64,000 nt of DNA, taken from assembly GCA_035463095.1 (NCBI GenBank), contig DATHTR010000123.1, forward strand, positions 25,058-89,057. The letters are read 5' to 3'. Shown piece by piece: positions 7,994-15,721 of this stretch. Within the stretch, counting starts at the first letter, position 1. Each line of letters opens with the position of its first letter. The notes under the pieces were generated by a model. The model had not been told where the DNA came from and did no database searches. It saw only the letters and a program-made list of their open reading frames with translations. The stretch comes from Candidatus Angelobacter sp. Lineage in GTDB: Bacteria; Chloroflexota; Limnocylindria; QHBO01. A program made the translations under genes and the position numbers.

Positions 7994-9418
7994 GTGACCG
8001 ATGCCCCCCGCCGGGCGATTGCCTGGTTCCGTCGCGACCTGCGTCTCACCGACAACCACATGCTGGAGGCGGCCACGGCCCAGGCCGACCGCGTGTGGCC
8101 CGTCTTCGTCGCCGATCCGGACCTGCTGGAGCGGCATCATGCGGCACCCGCGCGCACCGCCTGGTTCCGAGCCTCGGTCGAGGCGCTCGACGCCCGGCTC
8201 CGGGCGCATGGGTCCGGCCTGACGGTGCTGTCGGGACGGCCGGATCGGGTTCTCCGAGCCCATGCCGCATCGGTCGGCGCGGACGCCGTGTTCGCGGGCG
8301 CCGACGAGGAGCCGGCGGCGATCGCGCGCGACCGACGCGTCGCCGAAAGCGTCGACCTTCGGCTCGTCCACGACCAGCGCATCGTGCCGCCATCGGAGAT
8401 CCGGACGCGGGCCGACGAGCCCTTCTCGGTCTACACCCCGTTTCGTCGCGCGCTCGAGTCGCGGCTGGCAGAGGATCCCGCGCTGCTGGATCCGGCCGAG
8501 GCCGACATGGACCGGCTGGCGCCACTCGCGCACGGCGATGGCGCGTCGGGATGGTCCGGCGAGCCGGCGCCGCACGGACTGCCGCCGGCCGGCGAGCGCG
8601 CCGCGACCGATCGCCTCCGCGCCTTCCTGCGCCACGAGCTCGCCGGCTATCGCGAAGATCGAGATCGGCCCGACCGCGACGCCACCAGCCATCTTTCCCC
8701 GTACCTGCGGGTGGGCGCGGTCAGCGTCCGGGCCTGCTGGCGGGCCGCGACGAACGCGGCCGCGCGCGGACGCGAGCGGAACGATCCGCGACTCGGCCGC
8801 GCGGCCGATACGTGGCGTGGCGAGCTCGCCTGGCGCGAGTTCTTCGCCCACGTCCTTGCCGCTCATCCGAGAGTGGCGAGCGAGAGCTTTCGACCTGCGT
8901 ACGACCGGATCGAGTGGGTTGCCGGTGCCGAGGCGGATGAGCTGCTCGCCGCATGGCGCACGGGGCGGACCGGCTATCCCCTGGTGGACGCCGGGATGCG
9001 CCAGCTCGTCGCCACCGGGTGGATGCACAATCGCGCCCGGCTGGTGACGGCCAGCTTCCTCGTCAAGCACCTCGGCCTGGATTGGCGCCGCGGCGAGTCG
9101 GTCTATCTCGCGCACCTGCTGGACGCCGACACGGCGCAGAACACAGGCAACTGGCAGTGGGTCGCCGGCGTCGGGACCGATGCTGCGCCGTATTTCCGCA
9201 TCTTCAACCCGACGCTGCAGGCACGGAAATTCGACCCGGCCGGGACGTACATCCGTCGCTGGGTCCCCGAGCTCGCCGACGTGGATGCGGCGCACGTCCA
9301 CGAACCGTGGCGCGCTCCGGAGCCTCCGCGCGGCTACCCCGGACCGATCGTCGACCACGCCGAGGCTCGCCAGCGGACCCTGGCCCGATATCGTGCGGTG
9401 GATCCATCCGAGGCCTGA
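7994..9418 (+). CDS. phr: Deoxyribodipyrimidine photolyase / cryptochrome family
   Basis: AIAWFRRDLRLTDNHML at the N-terminus. FAD-binding region TGYPLVDAGMRQLVATGWMHNRARL...NWQWVAG. GTG start. Confidence 0.9.
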   Translation: MTDAPRRAIAWFRRDLRLTDNHMLEAATAQADRVWPVFVADPDLLERHHAAPARTAWFRASVEALDARLRAHGSGLTVLSGRPDRVLRAHAASVGADAVFAGADEEPAAIARDRRVAESVDLRLVHDQRIVPPSEIRTRADEPFSVYTPFRRALESRLAEDPALLDPAEADMDRLAPLAHGDGASGWSGEPAPHGLPPAGERAATDRLRAFLRHELAGYREDRDRPDRDATSHLSPYLRVGAVSVRACWRAATNAAARGRERNDPRLGRAADTWRGELAWREFFAHVLAAHPRVASESFRPAYDRIEWVAGAEADELLAAWRTGRTGYPLVDAGMRQLVATGWMHNRARLVTASFLVKHLGLDWRRGESVYLAHLLDADTAQNTGNWQWVAGVGTDAAPYFRIFNPTLQARKFDPAGTYIRRWVPELADVDAAHVHEPWRAPEPPRGYPGPIVDHAEARQRTLARYRAVDPSEA

Positions 9419-9529
9419 CCGATCGCGGTCGGACGCCACCGCGCATGCCGCTGCCGTATACTCCGCCAAAGCCGCAGCGTTCCACGACGTGCACCCGATC
9501 CGAGCCGTCACTTCACTCAGCCACGATCC

Positions 9530-9561
9530 AAGCCCGCGCCGCCATGCCGCGCGGGCTTCTT
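9530..9561 (+). terminator. Stem-loop plus TTCTT tract: phr terminator or guaB3 leader attenuator
   Basis: AAGCCCGCGC-cgccatgcc-GCGCGGGCTT forms about a 10-bp stem, followed by CTT. It sits directly upstream of the guaB3 SD (GGAGG at 9570-9574). Confidence 0.45.
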
Positions 9562-9580
9562 GCACCCGCGGAGGCGTCCG

Positions 9581-10744
9581 TTGATCGACCAGGCTCCCCT
9601 TCGCGACATCGTCGAGACCCGGCTGCGGCGCGCCTATGGCTTCGAGGAGATCGCCCTCGTCCCGGGGGCCGTCACGGTCGATCCGGCCGAGGTCGACCTG
9701 TCAACGGAGATCGGCGGCCTCCGCCTCCAGATCCCGTTCCTGGCGGCCGCGATGGACGCCGTCGCCGACCCCGACTTCGCGGTCCGGCTGCATCGGCACG
9801 GGGGAGTGGCGGTCGTGAACCTGGAGGGGCTGTACACCCGGTACGAGGACGCGACGCCGATCATCGAACGCGTGGCCGCCGCCGAGTCGGCGCGGGAGGC
9901 GGCTCACATCCTCACCGACGCGTATGAACAGCCGGTCCGCGACGAGCTCATCCGTGCGGTCATCACCCGCATCAAGGCCCAGGGGGCGGTCGCGGCGGTG
10001 GCCACGACCCCCGCTGCAGCCTGGCACCACGCCGAGCTGGCCGCGGAGGCCGGCGCCGACCTGTTCCTCGTCCAGTCGCAGGTCAGCAGCGCCCGGCACA
10101 TCTCGACATCCGGGCGCGTGCTCTCCCTCGCCGACCTGACCGGTGGCCTCGGCCTGCCGGTCCTCGTCGGCAACACGGTCAGCGGCGAGGCCGCGTACCA
10201 GCTCATGCACCAGGGGGCGGCCGCGATCTTCGTGGGCGTCGGACCCGGGGCGGCGTGCACCACCCGCGAGGTGCTCGGCATCGGTGTGCCGCAGGTCAGC
10301 GCCACCCTGGAGGTCGCCGCGGCGCGCGATCGCTACGAACGGGAGACGGGCCGCTACGTCCCGGTCGTCACCGATGGCGGCATGAAGACCGGCGGTGATA
10401 TCGCGAAGGCGATCGCCTCGGGCGGCGATGCGGTCATGCTCGGCTCACCGTTCGCCGCCGCCGTCGAGGCCCCGGGCCTCGGCTACAACTGGGGCATGGC
10501 CGCACCGTCACCGACCCTCCCGCGCGGCACCCGGATCCGCATCGGCGAGCGGCTGCCGCTCGAGCAGATCCTGTTCGGCCCGGCGGAGACGACGCACGGC
10601 ACCCAGAACCTGGTCGGTGCGCTGCGCCAGTCGATGGCCTCGCTCGGGGCCCGCACGATCCGCGAGATGCACCGGGTGGAGATGGTCATCGCGCCGTCGA
10701 TCGCCACCGAGGGCAAGTCCTGGCAGCTCGCCGGCCGGGAGTAG
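9581..10744 (+). CDS. guaB3: IMP dehydrogenase-family protein without a CBS insert (GuaB3-like)
   Basis: IPFLAAAMDAV and GVGPGAACTTREVLGIGVPQ are IMPDH-fold motifs. About 387 aa. TTG at 9581 is preferred because GGAGG lies 6 nt upstream. The ORF track start at 9560 is an alternative. Confidence 0.8.
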   Translation: MIDQAPLRDIVETRLRRAYGFEEIALVPGAVTVDPAEVDLSTEIGGLRLQIPFLAAAMDAVADPDFAVRLHRHGGVAVVNLEGLYTRYEDATPIIERVAAAESAREAAHILTDAYEQPVRDELIRAVITRIKAQGAVAAVATTPAAAWHHAELAAEAGADLFLVQSQVSSARHISTSGRVLSLADLTGGLGLPVLVGNTVSGEAAYQLMHQGAAAIFVGVGPGAACTTREVLGIGVPQVSATLEVAAARDRYERETGRYVPVVTDGGMKTGGDIAKAIASGGDAVMLGSPFAAAVEAPGLGYNWGMAAPSPTLPRGTRIRIGERLPLEQILFGPAETTHGTQNLVGALRQSMASLGARTIREMHRVEMVIAPSIATEGKSWQLAGRE

Positions 10745-10763
10745 CATCCGCTCCGTGGAGCAC

Positions 10764-11312
10764 ATGATTCGCGGCGACCGCGTGTTCCTGCGGCCGTTCG
10801 AGCGAGCCGACGTGGAGCTCTACCGGCGCTGGAGATCCGATGCGCGGCCGATGGACCTGGCCGGCTATCCGGACCGGAGCCCGCTCAGCCTCGCGCAGGC
10901 CGAGAAGCGCATCACCGATGGGTCGGCCAACCAGGGCCGGGACGAGTATCTCTTCGCCATCTGCCTGCTGAAGGACGAGCGGCCCATCGGTGAGGCGTCG
11001 CTGTTCAAGCTCGATCGGGTCAACGGCAGCGCCGAGCTCGGGATCTTCATCGGCGAGCCCGACCAGTGGGGCAGGGGATACGGCACCGACGCGGTGAATG
11101 CCCTCGTCGGCTTCGGCTTCGGGGAGCTGCGGCTGGAGCGCATCCACCTCGAGGTGTGGACCGAGAACCCGCGCGCCATCCGCGCGTATGAGAAGGCCGG
11201 CTTCGTTCACGAAGGCACCCTCCGGCACGACCGATTCGAGCAGGGCCGGTTCACCGATGGCCACGTGATGTCCATCCTGCGCGACGAGTGGAGCGCTCGG
11301 CAGCGGCACTGA
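10764..11312 (+). CDS. GNAT N-acetyltransferase (RimJ/RimL-like)
   Basis: MIRGDRVFLRPFERADVELYRRW...GIFIGEPDQWGRGYGTDAV...ENPRAIRAYEKAGF. ATG at 10764 lies within ORF 10395..11312. Confidence 0.85.
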   Translation: MIRGDRVFLRPFERADVELYRRWRSDARPMDLAGYPDRSPLSLAQAEKRITDGSANQGRDEYLFAICLLKDERPIGEASLFKLDRVNGSAELGIFIGEPDQWGRGYGTDAVNALVGFGFGELRLERIHLEVWTENPRAIRAYEKAGFVHEGTLRHDRFEQGRFTDGHVMSILRDEWSARQRH

Positions 11313-11314
11313 CC

Positions 11315-11331
11315 CTGTCACCCGGTGGCAG
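11315..11331. promoter_or_regulatory. 17-bp near-perfect palindrome, CTGTCACC-c-GGTGGCAG
   Basis: Starts 3 nt after the GNAT stop and ends 25 nt before the AlkZ-like start. One G-T mismatch. Could be an operator or a short terminator hairpin. Confidence 0.35.
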
Positions 11332-11355
11332 GAATCGTCGCCAGCATGGAGCGCG

Positions 11356-12411
11356 ATGACGGTCCCGATGCTCTCGGTCCGTGCGCTGAATCGGACGCTG
11401 CTGGCCCGCCAGGAGCTCCTCGAGCGCCGCCTCGACGATCCTGTCGCGGTCATGGAGTCGATGGGCGGGATCCAGATGCAGTACGCCCCGGCGGGGTACA
11501 TCGGCCTGTGGTCCCGCGTCCTCCGGTTCGAGCGCTCGACGCTGACGCGCCTGCTGGAGGAGCGGCGCGCCATCCAGGGGACCCTGCTGCGGGCGACGAT
11601 CCACACCGTCTCCGCCGCCGACTATTGGCCGACGATGGCCGGCATCGGCCGCGCCAACCGCGAGTGGTACGCGCGGGTCCAGGCCCGGGAGATCGGCTCC
11701 ACGCACCTGCCGGCGGTCGCCGCCGCCGTGCGCGAGGAGCTCGCCGCGGGGCCGATGCGCATCACCGAGCTGAGCACGCGCATCGAGGCCCGGGGCTTCC
11801 CGGCCCGGGCGACCGCCTGGGCGTCGACCTGGGTGCCGATGGTCCGGGTCCCGCCCTCCGGCACGTGGGAGCGCCGGCGGGCCGATCTCTACGCCCTGGC
11901 CGACGGGTGGCTGCCCCCCGAGCGCGCGATCACCGAGGACGAGGGCATCGCGCATCTCGTCCGTCGCTACCTCGGCGCCTTCGGGCCGGCGCCCATGCGC
12001 GACATCGCGACCTGGATGGGCCTGAGCGTCGGCCAGGTGCGCCACGTCGCCGGCGCGATGGAGCTCCGGCCGTACCGAGACGAGTCCGGTCGCGCGCTGG
12101 TCGACCTGCCAGAGCTCGAAGTGGTGAGCGGCGACCAGCCGGCACCGCCTCGATTCCTGGCTGTATGGGACGCGGCGCTGCTCGTCCACGCGCGGCGGAC
12201 GCAGATCCTGCCCGAGCCGCATCGGCCGCGAGTCTTCAACACCCGGACGCCGCACTCGGTCAACACCTTCCTGGTCGACGGCCGCGTGGCCGGCACGTGG
12301 CGCTACGTGGACGATGACATCGCGCTGTCGCCGTTCGGCCGCCTCGCCCCGGCGGAGCGAGCCGGGCTGGAGGATGAGGCGCATCGGCTGGCGGCCTTCC
12401 ACCGGGATTGA
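11356..12411 (+). CDS. Winged-helix HTH_42/DUF1006 protein, AlkZ-like DNA glycosylase family
   Basis: 351 aa. N-terminal LSVRALNRTLLARQELL...MGGIQMQYAPAGY carries a Q-hydrophobic-Q motif at residues 39-41. The C-terminus VDGRVAGTWRY is typical of the family. Confidence 0.7.
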   Translation: MTVPMLSVRALNRTLLARQELLERRLDDPVAVMESMGGIQMQYAPAGYIGLWSRVLRFERSTLTRLLEERRAIQGTLLRATIHTVSAADYWPTMAGIGRANREWYARVQAREIGSTHLPAVAAAVREELAAGPMRITELSTRIEARGFPARATAWASTWVPMVRVPPSGTWERRRADLYALADGWLPPERAITEDEGIAHLVRRYLGAFGPAPMRDIATWMGLSVGQVRHVAGAMELRPYRDESGRALVDLPELEVVSGDQPAPPRFLAVWDAALLVHARRTQILPEPHRPRVFNTRTPHSVNTFLVDGRVAGTWRYVDDDIALSPFGRLAPAERAGLEDEAHRLAAFHRD

Positions 12412-12608
12412 CCGTGATCGACCAAGTGGTGCTGCCCGGGCAGGCGTATCGGAAGCTCGGCCCGCTCGGTGCCCACCGCGGAAGGCCCCCTCCGGGGCTC
12501 CGACCCACGAACGGACGGCCGCAGCCGGCATGGCCGGGGCTCTTCCCCCGATACGCAGCCCACGGGCGGCACGGAACCGGAACGGGCACCGGGCCGTACC
12601 ATGAGCCG

Positions 12609-12989
12609 ATGAACCGATCCGACGTGCAGGGCTGGCTCGACCGCTACATCGCGGCCTGGAAGGCGAACGAGCGAGGGCCGATCGAGGACCTTTTCACCGA
12701 GGATGCGACGTACCGCTGGCGCCCCTACGGGCCGGACGACCGCCATGCGCACGGGCGAGCCGCCATCGTCACCGGCTGGCTCGAGGAGGATGACGACCCG
12801 GACTCCTGGGAGGCCGAGTACGAGCCGTACGCCGTGGAGGGCGACCGCGCGGTGGCCACCGGGTTCAGCCGCTACTTCGCCACGGACGACGAGCCGGAGC
12901 GCACGTTCCACAACGTCTTCCTCCTCCGATTCGCGGAGGACGGTCGCTGCTCGGAGTTCACCGAGCTCTACATGCTCGAGGAGGAGTGA
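12609..12989 (+). CDS. SnoaL/NTF2-like protein
   Basis: [21 protein letters not shown]...[24 protein letters not shown] at 12609. The upstream 200 nt of ORF 12408 is Pro/Gly/Arg-rich and was judged non-coding. Confidence 0.65.
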   Translation: MNRSDVQGWLDRYIAAWKANERGPIEDLFTEDATYRWRPYGPDDRHAHGRAAIVTGWLEEDDDPDSWEAEYEPYAVEGDRAVATGFSRYFATDDEPERTFHNVFLLRFAEDGRCSEFTELYMLEEE

Positions 12990-13312
12990 TGATCCAGACC
13001 ACCACGCCCGGCATCGACGGCCGGACGATCAACGAGTATCTGGGCGTCGTGACCGGGGAGGCCATCCTGGGCGCGAACATCGTCCGTGACCTGTTCGCCG
13101 GCGTGCGCGACATCGTCGGCGGGCGGTCTGGCGCCTACGAGGAGGAGCTCCGTAAGGCACGAGAGATCGCGATCGAGGAGATGGGGGCCGAGGCGGCGGC
13201 GCGCGGCGCCGATGCCGTCGTCGGCATCGACCTCGACTACGAGACCGTCGGCCAGGGCGGCAGCATGCTGATGGTGAGCGCCTCCGGCACGGCGGTGAAA
13301 CTCGGGGCGTGA
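12986..13312 (+). CDS. YbjQ/UPF0145 family protein
   Basis: [47 protein letters not shown]...GTAVKL gives a full-length family match by eye. The start overlaps the upstream stop (GTG 12986 or ATG 12989). Confidence 0.85.
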   Translation: MMIQTTTPGIDGRTINEYLGVVTGEAILGANIVRDLFAGVRDIVGGRSGAYEEELRKAREIAIEEMGAEAAARGADAVVGIDLDYETVGQGGSMLMVSASGTAVKLGA

Positions 13313-13317
13313 GCTCT

Positions 13318-13345
13318 GCGCGAGGCGAGAGTCGCGTCTGTCTTT
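13318..13345 (+). terminator. Weak stem-loop plus T-rich tail after ybjQ-like gene
   Basis: GCGCGA-ggcgagag-TCGCGT forms 6 bp including one G-U, followed by CTGTCTTT. Confidence 0.3.
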
Positions 13346-13396
13346 CCTGAGACGACCGAACGTACTCGGCCCACATCGTCAAGCCCGACGGGAACT

Positions 13397-13429
13397 CTGA
13401 GTAAAATCACTCACACGCCTGAGTAAATT
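13397..13429 (+). repeat. Direct repeat CTGAGTAAA(A/T)T x2, 22 bp apart, in a local AT-rich patch
   Basis: CTGAGTAAAAT at 13397-13407 and CTGAGTAAATT at 13419-13429. Both contain -10-like TAAAAT/TAAATT. They lie immediately upstream of the DUF4143 ATPase gene, in a 70% GC background. Confidence 0.6.
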
Positions 13430-13449
13430 TGCGAGATGGTGTGAGCAAC

Positions 13450-14676
13450 ATGGCCCCACCCCGGCGCGTGACGAACTATCGGCGGCCGGTCTACGAGGAG
13501 ATCATCGAGCGGGTCGAGGAGCCGCGACGGTTCATCCAGGTCCTCGCCGGCCCCCGCCAGGTCGGCAAGACCACGCTCGCGCGCCAGGTGATGGACGCCA
13601 TCGGCATCCCGGCCCACTTCGCTTCCGCCGATGCGCCCGATCCCGAGGACATCGGCTGGATCTACACCCAATGGCAGATCGGCCGCCAGGCGGCTCGCAA
13701 CGGCGGTCGCGCCGGCGGGCTGCTCGTCCTCGACGAGGTGCAGAAGATCCGCGACTGGTCCGACGTCGTGAAACAGCTGTGGGACGAGGACAGCGCCTCG
13801 AGCCTCCCGCTGCGGGTCATGCTCCTCGGTTCGGCGCCCTTGCTCGTGCATCAGGGACTGTCCGATTCGCTGGCCGGTCGCTTCGAGGTGCTGCGAGTGA
13901 CGCACTGGACCTACGCCGAGATGCGCGACGCCTTCGGCTGGGACCTGGACACCTACCTGTTCTTCGGTGGCTACCCGGGGGCCGCCTCGCTGGTGAGACG
14001 GCACGAGCGTTGGGAGGAGTACGTGCTCGACTCGATCGTCGAGACCAACCTGTCGCGTGACATCCTGCTGCTCAACCGGGTCGAGAAGCCGGCCCTCCTG
14101 CGTCAGCTCTTCCGCCTCGCCTGCGCCTATTCCGGCCAGGTCCTGAGCTACACGAAGATGCTCGGCACCCTCACCGACGCGGGCAACACCGTGACCCTGG
14201 CCCACTACCTCGAGCTGCTCGGCGGAGCCGGCATGGTGACCGGCATCGGGAAGTACTCGGGGTCGGCGGTGCGTCGCCGGGCCTCCTCGCCGAAGCTGCT
14301 GGCCCTGAACACCGGGTTGATCAGCGCGACCGCCCGAACGACGGTCGCGCGGGCCCGCGCCGATCACGAGTTCTGGGCCCGGCTGGTGAACACGGCCGTC
14401 GGAGCGCACCTGTGGGCTCACGCCGATCCCGACGAGCTGACCTGGTGGCGCGACGGAAATGCCGAGGTGGATTGGGTGATCCGGCCCGGAAAGCTCCTCC
14501 GCGGGCGCGACGCGCCGATCGCCATCGACGTCGTCAGCGGCCATCCTCGGGGACGGGCCGGTGCCGTGGCCTTCGCGAGGACGCATCGCGGTGCCCGCAC
14601 GCTCGTCGTGGGCGAGGGCGGCATCGCGGTCGAGGACTTCCTCGCCAGCCACCCGCGAGGGTGGCTCGACGCCTGA
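13450..14676 (+). CDS. AAA-type ATPase with a DUF4143 C-terminal domain (AAA_14 family)
   Basis: Walker A is LAGPRQVGKTTLA and Walker B is LLVLDEVQKI. The C-terminal region matches the DUF4143 pattern. ATG at 13450; TTG 13429 and GTG 13441 are alternatives. Confidence 0.8.
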   Translation: MAPPRRVTNYRRPVYEEIIERVEEPRRFIQVLAGPRQVGKTTLARQVMDAIGIPAHFASADAPDPEDIGWIYTQWQIGRQAARNGGRAGGLLVLDEVQKIRDWSDVVKQLWDEDSASSLPLRVMLLGSAPLLVHQGLSDSLAGRFEVLRVTHWTYAEMRDAFGWDLDTYLFFGGYPGAASLVRRHERWEEYVLDSIVETNLSRDILLLNRVEKPALLRQLFRLACAYSGQVLSYTKMLGTLTDAGNTVTLAHYLELLGGAGMVTGIGKYSGSAVRRRASSPKLLALNTGLISATARTTVARARADHEFWARLVNTAVGAHLWAHADPDELTWWRDGNAEVDWVIRPGKLLRGRDAPIAIDVVSGHPRGRAGAVAFARTHRGARTLVVGEGGIAVEDFLASHPRGWLDA

Positions 14677-14755
14677 CGGCTCGGCCACGCGTTCCGGTGC
14701 GGCTGCGTCCCCTGCAGGTGCCAGATCGCACCGGGGCGTGGTCCTGGGTGCGGTA

Positions 14756-14881
14756 TGTCACCCGTAGGTGACACCTCGACGCGTGAGCCGCACGCTGGCC
14801 AGCCCCGCGTGCTCGGCCACGTCACCCACAGCCGACGGACTGCACGCGAGCGGGGTCTGGGGTCCGATCTGTCACCCACAG
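14756..14881. repeat. Three copies of (T)GTCACCC(A/G)(C/T)AG in a 314-bp non-coding gap
   Basis: Copies at 14757-14767 (part of palindrome TGTCACC-cgta-GGTGACA, 14756-14773), 14821-14831 and 14871-14881. Spacing is 64 and 50 bp. Confidence 0.55.
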
Positions 14882-14935
14882 ATGACCGGCCGCACGCCCG
14901 GACCAGCTCGCGCGACGTCGGGTTCACCCCTACCG

Positions 14936-14961
14936 CCGTTGTCAACTCTAGTTGACAACGG
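14936..14961. promoter_or_regulatory. 26-bp palindrome CCGTTGTCAACT-ct-AGTTGACAACGG (putative operator overlapping TTGACA)
   Basis: 12-bp arms with no mismatches. TTGACA is present on both strands. The palindrome ends 30 nt upstream of the HTH gene ATG at 14991. Confidence 0.6.
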
Positions 14962-14990
14962 TAGCGGTCTTGTGCGAGGGTTGGGGCGCC

Positions 14991-15209
14991 ATGCAGAGCA
15001 ACGAGGCTGACGATCCGGCGGGCGCCCTCGCTGCGGTGATCGCCCTGCGCCGGCTGGCCGATCGCACGGAGCGCGATGCGGTCGACCTGGCCATCGGCCA
15101 GGGCTGGACGTGGCAGCAGATCGCGTCGGCCCTCGGGGTCACGCGGCAGGCGGTGCACAAGCGACACGCCCGGCGCGTTCGCGCCGAGGGCATGAAGGAG
15201 GACCGATGA
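14991..15209 (+). CDS. Small helix-turn-helix DNA-binding protein
   Basis: 72 aa. GQGWTWQQIASALGVTRQAVHKRHARR resembles a sigma-70 region-4-like HTH. The stop overlaps the next start (ATGA). TTG at 14952 is an alternative start. Confidence 0.65.
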   Translation: MQSNEADDPAGALAAVIALRRLADRTERDAVDLAIGQGWTWQQIASALGVTRQAVHKRHARRVRAEGMKEDR

Positions 15210-15721
15210 ATCCGCTCAACATGATCCGCGACATGCGGACGATCGGAGCGCTGCTCGGGGAGGCCGAGCGCATCGCGCGCCGATTGGGGGACGAGGAGCC
15301 CGGCGCGGAGCACCTGCTCCTGGCGGCGGTCGGCCTTCCGGACGGCTCCGCCGGGCGGGCGCTGCAGGCCGTGGGCGTGTCAGCGGTCCAACTCGAACGT
15401 GCCGTCGTCGAGGTCCAGGCGGCCGGCCTGGAGCGGGCGGGCTTCGAGCCCGGCGCCGCGGCGCGACTCGCCGAGCCCGTCGCGGTGCCGCCGGCCGAAG
15501 GCGTCGGCGTCTACCGCTCCAGCCCGACCGCGCAGGAGCTCTTCCGCGCCGCCGGCGATCGAGCTCGAGCCGCGAGGCAGCGCTTCGCCGGCGTCCACGT
15601 GGTCCTGGCCGCTTCCGAGGTCGAGGCCGGCACGATGCGGCGAGTGCTCGACCGGCTGGGCATCGACCGCCAGCGGTTGCGGGAGGTGGCCGAGGCCGAG
15701 CTGGGGGACGGACGGCCCTAG
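15206..15721 (+). CDS. Stand-alone Clp N-terminal domain (Clp_N repeat) protein
   Basis: 171 aa with two Clp_N-type repeats: LGEAERIARRLGDEEPGAEHLLLAAV...GRALQAVGVS and AQELFRAAGDRARAARQRFAGVHVVLAAS...MRRVLDRLGID. AAGGAGG 6 nt upstream. No AAA+ module. Confidence 0.75.
   Translation: MNPLNMIRDMRTIGALLGEAERIARRLGDEEPGAEHLLLAAVGLPDGSAGRALQAVGVSAVQLERAVVEVQAAGLERAGFEPGAAARLAEPVAVPPAEGVGVYRSSPTAQELFRAAGDRARAARQRFAGVHVVLAASEVEAGTMRRVLDRLGIDRQRLREVAEAELGDGRP

Noticed and set aside
6788-9565. Very long antisense ORFs: 6788..9565 (925 aa), 19012..21462 (816 aa), 50486..52966 (826 aa), 56372..58849 (825 aa), 31332..33440, 61593..63554 and others
   Set aside because: Each lies opposite or out of frame to a gene with clear family motifs. 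Their translations are low-complexity and Arg/Gly/Pro/Ala-rich. Stop-codon scarcity at 70% GC explains them.
12408-12608. N-terminal 67-aa extension of the SnoaL-like ORF 12408..12989, overlapping the AlkZ-like stop
   Set aside because: The extension is Gly/Pro/Arg-rich (…GRPPPGLRPTNGRPQPAWPG…GTGTGTGP) and lies outside the NTF2-like fold. The ATG at 12609 gives a canonical-length protein.
14915-14935. tRNA T-arm-like GGGTTCACCCC
   Set aside because: The flanking bases do not form a T-stem, and no acceptor, D or anticodon arms can be drawn. It is not a tRNA or a tRNA fragment that could serve as an att site.
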